NCBI GenBank assembly: GCA_963845515.1 | Contig: CAWJSR010000055.1 | Location: forward strand, 1-64,000 | From: an uncultured delta proteobacterium | GTDB taxonomy: Bacteria; Myxococcota; Myxococcia; Myxococcales; Anaeromyxobacteraceae | Reading direction: 5' to 3' | DNA length: 64,000 bases | Shown here: positions 29,075-38,122 of the stretch, in pieces | Numbering within the stretch: the first letter of the stretch is position 1 | Layout of the letters: each line of letters begins with the position of its first letter | Translations under genes and position numbers: made by a program | Notes under the pieces: generated by a model | The model's input: the letters and a program-made list of their open reading frames with translations, nothing else | The model's database searches: none | What the model was told of the DNA's origin: nothing

Positions 29075-31539
29075 TTGAAACGCCACGCAGCCATCTGGGA
29101 TCGTCGGCCTCCTCGCCGCGGCACCCGCGGCGGCGCAGCTACACCCGTTCGCGCTCCGGCGAGACCGGCATCCTCGACGTCCCGGACGCCGAGGTCGCGG
29201 GGCTCGGCAACGGGTCTGTCGCCGGCGAGCTGCGGCTCGACTCCTGTCGCCGGGGCGCGGACCGAGTTCGGCCCCCTCCCCCTCTACACGGTGCCGGACG
29301 TCGCAAGCAGCCTCGACATCGGCCTCACGATGCGGGAGTGGGGACAGCCCGGCGACCCTCGCCGCCAGCGCGTGCTCTTCGGCGCCGCCGCGAAGTTCCA
29401 GCTCCTGCCCCGCGCGGGCCCTACGGCCCGGCTTCGCCCTCAGCCTCATACGCTCGATCGCTTCAACTTCGAGCCCGCTTACGGCGCGCGAGCTCGTGTC
29501 GTCGCGTCGCGGTACTCGATGTCGTCCGGCTGTCCGCCTTCGTCGGGGCGGAGAACGGGGCAGCCGCGGGCGTCACCGCCGGCGCCGCCGCCGCGCTCGC
29601 CCTGCTTCCGAGGATGGAAGTCCAGGCCGAGTCACTGTATGGCCCGCGGGGATCGAACCTCGGGGTCGGCCTTCGCTGGGCCGCCACGACCAGCATCGCG
29701 CTAAACTCGTCGCCTCAACTTCTTCCCAGGCGACGACGGCTTCCGGATCGCAGTCGGGCTCACGTTCGCCGCTTCGTCGAAGGGGCCGGCGGCCTGAAGG
29801 TCGAGAAGGCGGCGCCCGACAGGCCGCCCAGGACGCCGGACGAAGCCGCGAAGTCGCCCTGGCGCTCGACGCCCGCCCCCGCTTCCGTCTCCGCATCCAC
29901 TCCGCCGGCGACTCGAGGCCGGCGAGCGGACCTCGCCACCGCCAGCACGGCGTCCGCGTGGCCGTCGCCGAGCAGCTCCCGACCGGGCCCGCGGCGGTCC
30001 GGCAGGCGGCCGCCGCCGGCCCGAGCGCCGAGGACGTCTTCGAGAGCCAGCTGCGCGATCAGGACGCCGCCGCCGACGCGCGCGAGCGCCGTCTGAAGGC
30101 GACCGAGGATTCGCTCCGCCAGCGCGACTCGGCCGCGACCGCGGAGACCCAGCAGCTGGAGTCCCGCGACCAGCAGCTCGCCTCCCGTGAGATCCAGCTC
30201 GACGCCCGGGAGAAGCGGATCGTGCTGCGCGGCCCGCCGACGCAGGCCGAGCGCGCCATCGAGTCGCGCGAGGCGCAGCTCGGCACGCAGGAGCGCGCTT
30301 TCGCCGCCCAGGAGCGCGGGTTCCAGCCCACGCTCGACACGGCGGCGGGACGCGAGCGCGATGCCGCGGCCCGCGAGCAGGTCGAGCGCGCCGACGCCGA
30401 ACGGCTGGGCGACGAGTGGAAGCGCGCCAAGGATCGCGTGAGCCAGCTCGACGTGCGCCGCCAGGCCTCGTCCGCCCGCCAGCGCCAGCTCGCCGCCGTG
30501 GAGGCCCGCCTCCTCGCCATGGGCGAGCAGGATCGACGCTGCCGAGCGCCAGCTCCGAACCCGCGCGGAGCGGCTGGACGCCTGGCAGCGCCGGCTCGAT
30601 GCCCGCGCCGAGCGGCTGGAGCTGCTGGAGCGCCGCTCGGGCGACCAGCGCAAGCCGTCTGAAGGCCCGAAGCCGGCAGAGCCCGTCGCGGGCGTCACCA
30701 CGGGCACGGGCACGGGCGCCGAACCCAGGTCCACCAAGGAAAAGGCCGTCTTCGTCATGGTGGTCAAGGCCCCGACCGCCATCATGAAGGAGCAGGCCCC
30801 GGGAGCCACGCCGCCACGGGCGGCGCGCCGGCCCCCTCCTCCAGCGCCGCCGTCGAGAAGGCGGTCGCCGCAGCGACGGTCGTCGCCTTCCCGACGCCCA
30901 CGAGCGAGCTGTCCGAGCTCGACCGTGAGTCGATCGAAGAGCATCGCCAGGCTGGCCGCCAGGGAGAGCTGCGAGCTGCTGGTCTGGGCCCGCGCCAAGA
31001 GCCCTGCCCTCACGGCCGAGGCTCAGCGGCGCGCCGACGCCATCAAGAAGCTCGCGCTCGGCGCAGCCCAGCTCGACGCGAAGCGGGTCGTCACCCGCGT
31101 CACCACCCGCCCCGGCGCGACCGGCGTCGACGTGGTCGTCTCCGCGCTCCGCGAGCAGGGCGCGAAGCCGGGCCAGCCGGCGGCGCCCGCCGGGCGCACA
31201 CCGGCGCCCGGCCGGCCGCACTCCAGATGCTCGGCTCCGGTGAGACCGGCAAGCGGCAGATCCGCGACGCCGTCCTCAGGGCGCAGCCGGCCATCGAGAC
31301 CTGCGTCGGCGAGCAGATCCAGCGCAAGAACCTCACCCGCGCCGAGGGGGTCCTGAAGCTCACCGCCGCGGCCAACGGCAGGATCGTGATCGTGAAGACG
31401 AGCGAGGGAGATCTGGCGGGGAGCCGAGATGGAGAGCTGCCTCACCGAGGCCGCCAGGACCTGGCAGTTCCCGGCGGCCGAGGGCGAGTACGTCGTGGAC
31501 GTGCCGATCACGGTGATCGGCGGAGGGGCGGCAAAGTGA
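29075..31539 (+). CDS. Large exported protein: probable beta-rich N-domain, long coiled coil, OmpA-C-like domain and AgmX/PglI (TonB-C-like) C-terminal domain; many frameshifts
   Basis: Signal peptide MKRHAAIWIVGLLAAAPAAA; GETGILDVPDAE; AKFQL; E/R/Q heptads at ~30040-30640; VAFPTPTSELSELDRESI..AQRRADAIK; RQIRDAVLRAQPAIETC..GVLKL..SCL..WQFP..VDVPI. Confidence 0.6.
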
Positions 31540-33272
31540 GGGCTGCGCACATGATCCGCGCCGCGGTCGCCCTGTTGCTCGCACTCCCTCTCGCGGGGCG
31601 CGCGTTCGACTGGAGCGGTCAACTGGGGCTCTACTACGCCCGCACCGACGTCTGGAGCGCCGCTGCGGACCACCAGTCGGTCCCGAACCTGACGCTCGAC
31701 GCAAGTCTGGGTGCACGCGGCTCTTTCCCTGAGCCGGGCATCCTGGACCTGTCGGCCCGGGCCGGTTATCGCTGGCACACGTCCAATCCCTCGAACGAGG
31801 CTTCGACGCGCTCGAACGAGCTCTCCTATCAACTGGCCCTTGGCCTCCTCGAGAACCCGACCTCTCACATACGGCTCCACCTGGACGCGAGCCGGGAGCG
31901 GCGCGAGTTCCTGACATCGCCGGACCTCTCCGGCGACGGGACCACCTCGCGCTACGGAGGCTCGATCGGCCTACGGTTGGCGGGGGAGCCCGCCGCCACC
32001 GCCTCATACGTCCACGAAGAGATGGAGGAGACCTTCCCCTCGCTCGACCCGCACTGGCGCGACCGTGAAATCGTGGCGGCGTCCTTCCGCAACGGGATCG
32101 GTCCCTTCATGGTCCTGGGCACGTTCAATGGCGACTGGAGCGACGGCTCGTGGATCGCCGACAACTTCGTTCAGCAGTTCCTCAACGTGCAGGCCACGGG
32201 GAGGATCGCTGGTGACTGGAATGTCAACATCAGTGACGGGTACTCCAGGCGAACGCCGACCGCCACGGGGCTGGGCGCCTACGGTACGGAGACGAACGGC
32301 TTTCGCGCCGCCATCGAGAGAACGGTCCTCGGGCTCGGGCGCTCCATCACCTACAGTTACATCCGCTCGGCCACCACCGCCTCCTCGGTCTCCGACGCGG
32401 GGGAAAGCCAGGGGCTCGCGGCCCTCTACGACGTTCCGATCGACGGGAACAGGCTCTACGTGCGAACCACTGGCTCGCTCGACCACTCGGAGCTGACGTC
32501 GACGACCGCGGCGGCGACGTCGACCGGCGAGACGTTGGGCGCCGACCTCTGGTGGCGTCGCAATCAGCCGGATTCGGGGCTAGACGTCCACGGCGGCCCG
32601 ATCGTCGCGGCAGTCCAGAGCGATCCGGGCGGCTCCGGCGTTGGATATGGCGCCTCCGCGGGAGTAAGCTACACGCGCCAAGCCGCTCCGCTAGACCTCC
32701 AGGCATCGTACGGGGCGAGCTACGGCAACGACGTCCGGGCCTCGCTCGGCTGGTCTTTTCGACAGGAGTTGCAGGGTGCCCTCTCGGGCGTCATCGGGAC
32801 CGCCCGCTGGTCGGCGACGGCGACCGGATCCTTCGCCAGGTCGTCCAGCCCGGTATTCGGCGATGGCGCGAGCCGAAGCCTCGCCCTCACCGCCTCGCTT
32901 CTCTACGAGACCTACTCCGTGTTCGGAAGCGCATCGGTCTCCGACGGAGCACCTTCCGGCGGGACGTTCTCCGGCGACGGCCTCTTCGTTCAGGCCCCCT
33001 ACGTATCCCACAACCGGGCTGTCCAGCTGGGCATCGCCGGCGCCGTATGGGAGGCGCTGAACGGCACGCTCCAGGCACGATATGTCGTATCAGATTCACC
33101 TGGCGCTCCCAGCCTCGACCTCATGGAGGCCGAGGCCGCGCTCTCCTACAGGTACGGCGGTCTGGACTTCCGGCTTCGCGACCGCCTCTCGTCCGCCGAA
33201 TCTCGCTATGGACGCGACGTGGTCAACATCGTCGAGCTTCGCCTCTCCCGCGCGCTCGGCAACAGCCGGTAG
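31536..33272 (+). CDS. Outer-membrane beta-barrel protein (candidate porin or export channel for cytochromes)
   Basis: Signal peptide (VALLLALPLAGRA/F) followed by many amphipathic G/S/Y-rich beta strands, ending IVELRLSRAL. Sits directly before the NHL and cytochrome genes. Confidence 0.7.
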   Translation: MRAAHMIRAAVALLLALPLAGRAFDWSGQLGLYYARTDVWSAAADHQSVPNLTLDASLGARGSFPEPGILDLSARAGYRWHTSNPSNEASTRSNELSYQLALGLLENPTSHIRLHLDASRERREFLTSPDLSGDGTTSRYGGSIGLRLAGEPAATASYVHEEMEETFPSLDPHWRDREIVAASFRNGIGPFMVLGTFNGDWSDGSWIADNFVQQFLNVQATGRIAGDWNVNISDGYSRRTPTATGLGAYGTETNGFRAAIERTVLGLGRSITYSYIRSATTASSVSDAGESQGLAALYDVPIDGNRLYVRTTGSLDHSELTSTTAAATSTGETLGADLWWRRNQPDSGLDVHGGPIVAAVQSDPGGSGVGYGASAGVSYTRQAAPLDLQASYGASYGNDVRASLGWSFRQELQGALSGVIGTARWSATATGSFARSSSPVFGDGASRSLALTASLLYETYSVFGSASVSDGAPSGGTFSGDGLFVQAPYVSHNRAVQLGIAGAVWEALNGTLQARYVVSDSPGAPSLDLMEAEAALSYRYGGLDFRLRDRLSSAESRYGRDVVNIVELRLSRALGNSR

Positions 33273-33279
33273 CGCGAAG

Positions 33280-34310
33280 ATGCGGGGTCGGGCTGCCATC
33301 ACGCTCTGCTGCCTCGCGGCGCTCCTCGCGGCGTGCGCACACCACGATGCCGGTGGCGAGAGAAGCTTCGCACCCGTTGCGGTCTCCTGGCCCCCGCCCC
33401 CCGCAAGCCCGCGTGCAAGCCTGCGAGGCATGATCCCGGACGGGGAGCCGACCCCACCCGTCCTGCCGTGGTGGCGGAGAGTGATCGACTGGATCGCGGG
33501 CGCCGAGGGCGGCCCGGCAGTCCTGCCGCCCGGAGCCCTCGTCCGCCCCTTCGGAGTCGCGGCGAACGCGCAGGGCGAGGTCTTCGTCGCCGACCCCGAC
33601 CTCGCACGGGTGACCCGATATGATCGGGCAGCGCGCCCAACCCTCATCGAGTGTCGAGAAGCGCGGTGGTCTGCGCCGATCGCCGTGGCGCTGGCGCCGG
33701 ATGGACCCTCTTCGTCGCCGATGCCGCCTCCGCCACGATCGTGAGGTGGGCGCCGGGAGGCTGCACGCTCCTGGGCTCAGGCTCGTTCGAGCGCCCCACC
33801 GGCCTCGCCGTCACCGCCGACCGGATCTGGGTGGTCGATCCCCCACGCCACCAGGTCATCGCGCTCTCGCACTCGGGCGCCGAGCTGGGCCGCTTCGGCG
33901 GACTGGGTGAAGGGAACGACGGCTTTCACTTCCCTACGGCGGTGGCGTTGGCTCCCGACGGGACCATCCTGGTCGTCGACGCCCTCAACTACCGTGTGGT
34001 GCGGCTAGCAGCCGATGGACGTTGGCTCGGCTCCTTCGGCGCCACCGGCGACGCTGGGGGGGCCTTCGCCCGCCCGAAGGCGGTGGCTACCGATGCAGGG
34101 GGCCGGATCTTCGTGAGCGATGCGCAACGCGGGGCCATACTCGCCTTCGACCCGTCCGGAACGTTCGAGTATGCGATCGGCGAGACGGGGCTGAACCCCG
34201 GCCAGTTTGCGCTGCCCGCCGGCCTCGCCGTCGTGGCGAACCGCCTCCTGGTCGCCGACAGCCAGAACCACAGGATCCAGCAGTTCGAGCTTCTCGGAGG
34301 ACCGCCATGA
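33280..34310 (+). CDS. NHL-repeat beta-propeller lipoprotein; frameshift near 33705
   Basis: Lipobox LAAC; repeats LVRPFGVA, FERPTGLAV, FHFPTAVAL, FARPKAVA, FALPAGLAV, VADSQNHRIQQF. Confidence 0.85.
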
Positions 34311-36061
34311 AGAAGTGCCTCTTTCTCGCTCTGCTCGCCGCAGGCTTCGCGCGCGCTGCCGGACCGGGCGGCGTGGTCGGCTCCAAGCACGACCTCTCGG
34401 TGACCGGCCCGGGGAGCCACCGCGCGACCTCGGAGCGGAGCCCATGCGTCTTCTGCCACGGAACCCACATGGCGGGGCCGGGGCTCGGCGATCGCCCCAC
34501 CGACGTTCAGCGGAGCTTCAAGCCGTACCAGAGCAGCACCATGTCCTCCCCGGTGGACGATCCATCTGGCGCGAGCCGGGTCTGTCTCTCCTGCCACGAC
34601 GGGACCATCGCGCTCGGCAAGACGTTGACGCAGAGCATCAAGATGGCAGGGGGAGACTTCCTCGCACCCGGCCAGCGCGGCTATATCGGGACCGATCTTC
34701 GCGGCAGCCACCCGGTCTCCTTCATGCCCAGGGACGCCCAGAAGACGCACGCCCCGCGGTCCGGGGATCGTGTCCGGCTCGACCGCTCCGGGCAGGTGCA
34801 ATGCACCTCCTGCCACGACCCCCACTCCGAGGCCGGTGGCGATCCGAAGCACCGGATGTTCCTCCTGAAGCCCCTGGACAACTCCGTGCTCTGCTCGACC
34901 TGCCATCCCTCTGTCGGGCTCGGCGCGATGTCGAGCCACGCCAGCTCCTCCCTCCCCATCCGCGCTCGCGACGGGAGCAGCACGAGCACGGGGGTGGCCG
35001 GCTGCGTCGCGTGCCACGAGGTGCACGGCGCGGACGTCCGCGGACGCCTGCTGAAGGCGGGCCCCACCGATGACGCGACGTGCCTCGCCTGCCATGACTC
35101 TGCGGCCGCTGGCGGGAACGTGGCTCGCGACCTCGAGAAGCCGTACGCCCACCTCTCCAAGGACGGAGGTGGCCACGACGCGGCCGAGGCACCCGGTGGT
35201 GGGAGGTCGGGCCGGAGCCTACCGGAGTCGAGCGCTGGCGCGCGCCGCCACGTGGCCTGCGTCGACTGCCACGACCCTCACACCTCCGCGAGGGGCGCCT
35301 CGGTTGCCCCGATCGCGGGTGGCGCTTACGGCAGGACCTGGGGTATCGGCCTCGATGGGCAGCAGGTCGCGCCCGCCCGGTTCGAATACGAGGTCTGCCT
35401 GAAGTGCCACGGCGACAGCCCCAATCGCCCCAACCGCGCCCAGGCACTCGGCATCAAGCGCGCGCGGCCGGACAGCAACCTTCGGCTGGTCTTCTCGCCG
35501 TCGGCCATCTCGTCCCACCCCGTGGCCGCCCCCGGGCGCAACCCCATGGTCCCGAGCCTCAGGGCGCCCTACTCGGTGGCGTCGTACGTCTACTGCACCG
35601 ACTGCCACGCCTCGAACGACTCCCCGACAGCGGGCGGTGCAGGGGCGCGGGGGCCGCACGGCTCGATCTACCCGTTCATGCTGGAGCGGGAGTACCGCAC
35701 GGCGGACTACACCGCCGAGAGCTCTGGGGCCTACGCCCTCTGCTACAAGTGCCACGATCGTGAAAGACTGCTCTCGGACGGTTCGCCGTTCACGCTGAGG
35801 ACGGGCCCCGAAGCTGCGCTCCACTGGCGCCACGTGGTGAAGAGGAGCGCCCCCTGCTCGGCGTGCCACTCGGCGCACGGAGTCTCCCGCGAGGCGGGGA
35901 CGGACGAAGGGAACCTCCACCTCATCTCATTCGATCTGTCCATCGTCCGACCCACGAAGGGGGACGCCGCGCGCTACACTTCGGCGGGTTCCGGCGGGGG
36001 GAGCTGCACCCTCACGTGCCACGACGTCCCGCACGCCGACGCAACGCACCGGTACCCGTAG
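34307..36061 (+). CDS. 12-heme cytochrome c (11 CxxCH + 1 CxxxCH) with an OmcE-like N-terminal tetraheme domain
   Basis: Signal peptide; GSKHDLS, CVFCHGTH, SRVCLSCHDG, DLRGSHPVSF, VQCTSCHDPH, LCSTCH; then 7 more CxxCH and a terminal CTLTCH. Confidence 0.9.
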   Translation: MKKCLFLALLAAGFARAAGPGGVVGSKHDLSVTGPGSHRATSERSPCVFCHGTHMAGPGLGDRPTDVQRSFKPYQSSTMSSPVDDPSGASRVCLSCHDGTIALGKTLTQSIKMAGGDFLAPGQRGYIGTDLRGSHPVSFMPRDAQKTHAPRSGDRVRLDRSGQVQCTSCHDPHSEAGGDPKHRMFLLKPLDNSVLCSTCHPSVGLGAMSSHASSSLPIRARDGSSTSTGVAGCVACHEVHGADVRGRLLKAGPTDDATCLACHDSAAAGGNVARDLEKPYAHLSKDGGGHDAAEAPGGGRSGRSLPESSAGARRHVACVDCHDPHTSARGASVAPIAGGAYGRTWGIGLDGQQVAPARFEYEVCLKCHGDSPNRPNRAQALGIKRARPDSNLRLVFSPSAISSHPVAAPGRNPMVPSLRAPYSVASYVYCTDCHASNDSPTAGGAGARGPHGSIYPFMLEREYRTADYTAESSGAYALCYKCHDRERLLSDGSPFTLRTGPEAALHWRHVVKRSAPCSACHSAHGVSREAGTDEGNLHLISFDLSIVRPTKGDAARYTSAGSGGGSCTLTCHDVPHADATHRYP

Positions 36062-36104
36062 AGCCGACGCGCCGGAACACCTCTCGAGCCTCGAGGATTG
36101 CCCA

Positions 36105-37256
36105 ATGTACATGCCCTCTGCCCACCCCAACTCCAGGACACTCGTCGTCGCCGCGCTGCTGGCAGCCACCGCAGGGTGCGCCACCCGCCGTTCCGCTCTC
36201 GTCTGGCCAGAGCCGCCGGAGACGGCCCGGATCGAGCACATCAGGTCCTTCTCCTCCAACACCAACCTCGACCGCGGCTTCTGGGCGACGTTCATCGAGG
36301 CGCTCCTCCCCCGCAAGCGGTCCGCGGTGACCAAGAGCCCCCTGGGGCTGGCGCTCTCTCCCGACGAGCAGACCCTCTATGTCGCCTGTGGGGCGAAGGG
36401 CGGCGTCGTCGCGCTCGACCGGAAGTCCAGTACGCTGCGCAACTTCACGACCGACAGGGAGCACTTCCCCATGTTCGCGCACGGGGTGAAGGCGGACGCC
36501 GACGGGAACGTGTACGTCAGCGATCGCGCCGGCGCGGCGATCCTCGTCTTCGACGCGAAGGGAGGGTTCCTCCGCAAGATCACCTTCGAGGGGATGGCCG
36601 ATCCCTCGGCGCTCGCGATCGACCGGAAGGCGCAGATCCTGTACGCCATCGCAGGCGCCTCGACGAGACAGTACACCCACCGGATCGAGGTCTTCTCCCT
36701 CCGAGGGGAACACCTCCGCACCCTCGGCGGCAGCGGTGACCTCCCCGGGCTCTTCTACTTCCCGACGGACGTCCAGGTGTCGCCGGAAGGCAACCTCTAC
36801 GTGGTCGACATGCACAACAACCGCGTCCAGCTGCTGGACACGGAGGGGCGCCACCTGGCGACCTTCGGCAAGGAGGGGACCGGGCTTCCCGGCTACCTCG
36901 ACAAGGCGAAGGGGCTCTCCTGGGACTCCTTCGGGAACCTCTACGTCGCCGACTCGATGCAGGGGGTCCACATCTTCAACCCCAGGTATCAGGCGCTGAT
37001 GTGGTTCGGGGCCCCGCTGGTCGGCACCCCGGGCGCCATCGCGATCGACTCCCGTAACCGGATCTTCCTCGCCGACTTCAATAACAACTGCATCCACGAG
37101 TTCCAGTTGGTCAACACGCGACCCGAGGACAGCTTCGCCCCGCCGGAGAAGGAGGAGGCGAAGCCGGGTGAGGCGAAGCCGGAGTCGAAGGGCTCGTCCG
37201 GCAATGGGGAAGCCCCCACTTCCCCTCCCGCAACTGGCGCGCCCGCCGCCCAGTGA
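36105..37256 (+). CDS. NHL-repeat beta-propeller lipoprotein
   Basis: Lipobox TAGC, WPEPPETARI, SPLGLAL, FYFPTDVQV, VVDMHNNRVQ, LYVADS, FLADFNNNCI; Pro/Glu-rich tail. Confidence 0.85.
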   Translation: MYMPSAHPNSRTLVVAALLAATAGCATRRSALVWPEPPETARIEHIRSFSSNTNLDRGFWATFIEALLPRKRSAVTKSPLGLALSPDEQTLYVACGAKGGVVALDRKSSTLRNFTTDREHFPMFAHGVKADADGNVYVSDRAGAAILVFDAKGGFLRKITFEGMADPSALAIDRKAQILYAIAGASTRQYTHRIEVFSLRGEHLRTLGGSGDLPGLFYFPTDVQVSPEGNLYVVDMHNNRVQLLDTEGRHLATFGKEGTGLPGYLDKAKGLSWDSFGNLYVADSMQGVHIFNPRYQALMWFGAPLVGTPGAIAIDSRNRIFLADFNNNCIHEFQLVNTRPEDSFAPPEKEEAKPGEAKPESKGSSGNGEAPTSPPATGAPAAQ

Positions 37257-37264
37257 CCTTGGGC

Positions 37265-37300
37265 TGGGCCAACTGCCCACGATGGGGCTTTTACCCCATC
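37265..37300. promoter_or_regulatory. Tandem palindromes, candidate UAS
   Basis: TGGGCCAACTGCCCA (37265-79) and GATGGGG-CTTTTA-CCCCATC (37281-37300), 50-85 nt upstream of a sigma54 promoter. They resemble the sites at 25536-25572. Confidence 0.45.
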
Positions 37301-37348
37301 TAGGGCGACCGCGACGGCAATCATTTCCAGCGCTTAGCGCCTCCGGAG

Positions 37349-37365
37349 TAGGCACGACCGGTGCA
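37349..37365 (+). promoter_or_regulatory. Sigma54 (-24/-12) promoter for the OmcE-like gene
   Basis: taGGCACGaccggTGCa with GG 37351-52, N10, GC 37363-64. Confidence 0.7.
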
Positions 37366-37425
37366 GAGACCCACGCTGCCCAGACGAAGTTTGGGCAGAA
37401 CAAACCAGAAAGGGACATGACCAAT

Positions 37426-38004
37426 ATGAAGAAGATCCTCTTCGCCGCCGCGATCGCGCTCTTCGCGACCCAGGCCTCCGCCACGATCGTCGGTTCCAGC
37501 CACGACCTCACGCTCGCCAAGTGGTCCGCCACCAACGTTGCCGGCAAGTCGGTGTGCAGCTACTGCCACGCGGCGCACGTGTTCAACACCGGTAACATCG
37601 TCAACGACTACCTCTGGAACCGCTCCATCAACGCGGCCTCCACCGCGGGCGTGGGCGCTGAGTCCAAGACCTGCCTCTCCTGCCACGACGGCACGACGAG
37701 CATCATGGCCGTCAACAACGGCGTCAGCGGCGGCAGCACGCTCCTGACGGGCAACATGAACATCGGCGGGACCGACGCGGCCCTGCTGAACGACCACCCG
37801 GTCGGCCTCACCTACACGACCACGAACACCAGCGCTGGCCTCGCGGCGCTCGCCACCGCGAAGACCAACGGCGCCCGCTTCTTCGGCGCCGGCACGGATC
37901 AGGTCGAGTGCGCCTCCTGCCACGACCCGCACTACAAGGTGGCCGGCAGCTACAAGTTCACGTTCGCCGGCTTCGACTGCGCCGACTGCCACGCCGTCAA
38001 GTAG
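37426..38004 (+). CDS. OmcE-like tetraheme cytochrome c (candidate nanowire subunit)
   Basis: Sec signal MKKILFAAAIALFATQASA; GSSHDL, CSYCHAAH, LWNR, SKTCLSCHDG, NDHPVG, VECASCHDPH, CADCH. Exactly 8 His for 4 hemes. Confidence 0.85.
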   Translation: MKKILFAAAIALFATQASATIVGSSHDLTLAKWSATNVAGKSVCSYCHAAHVFNTGNIVNDYLWNRSINAASTAGVGAESKTCLSCHDGTTSIMAVNNGVSGGSTLLTGNMNIGGTDAALLNDHPVGLTYTTTNTSAGLAALATAKTNGARFFGAGTDQVECASCHDPHYKVAGSYKFTFAGFDCADCHAVK

Positions 38005-38051
38005 GCTGTTGACGTGGTCCGCGAGCTGACTTAGTTCGCGGCTGCAGCTTG

Positions 38052-38086
38052 GGCGGGGACCTGAAAAGGTCCCCGCCTTTCCTTTT
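38052..38086 (+). terminator. Strong intrinsic terminator after the OmcE-like gene
   Basis: GGCGGGGACCT-GAAA-AGGTCCCCGCC-TTTCCTTTT (11-bp perfect stem); a second hairpin precedes it at ~38019-38041. Confidence 0.9.
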
Positions 38087-38122
38087 CCCCATCAGCGCCG
38101 ACGCGCGCCCCCTGCTGGAGTC

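Noticed and set aside
31227..33272. 681-aa ORF fusing an AgmX-like domain to the beta-barrel
   Set aside because: A frameshift near 31420 puts the tail of the upstream gene in frame with the barrel. The barrel has its own signal peptide from 31536/31551 and the upstream gene has its own stop at 31539.
37168..37425. 86-codon N-terminal extension of the tetraheme cytochrome
   Set aside because: It overlaps the NHL gene end and the promoter region. The RBS and a clean signal peptide support the ATG at 37426.
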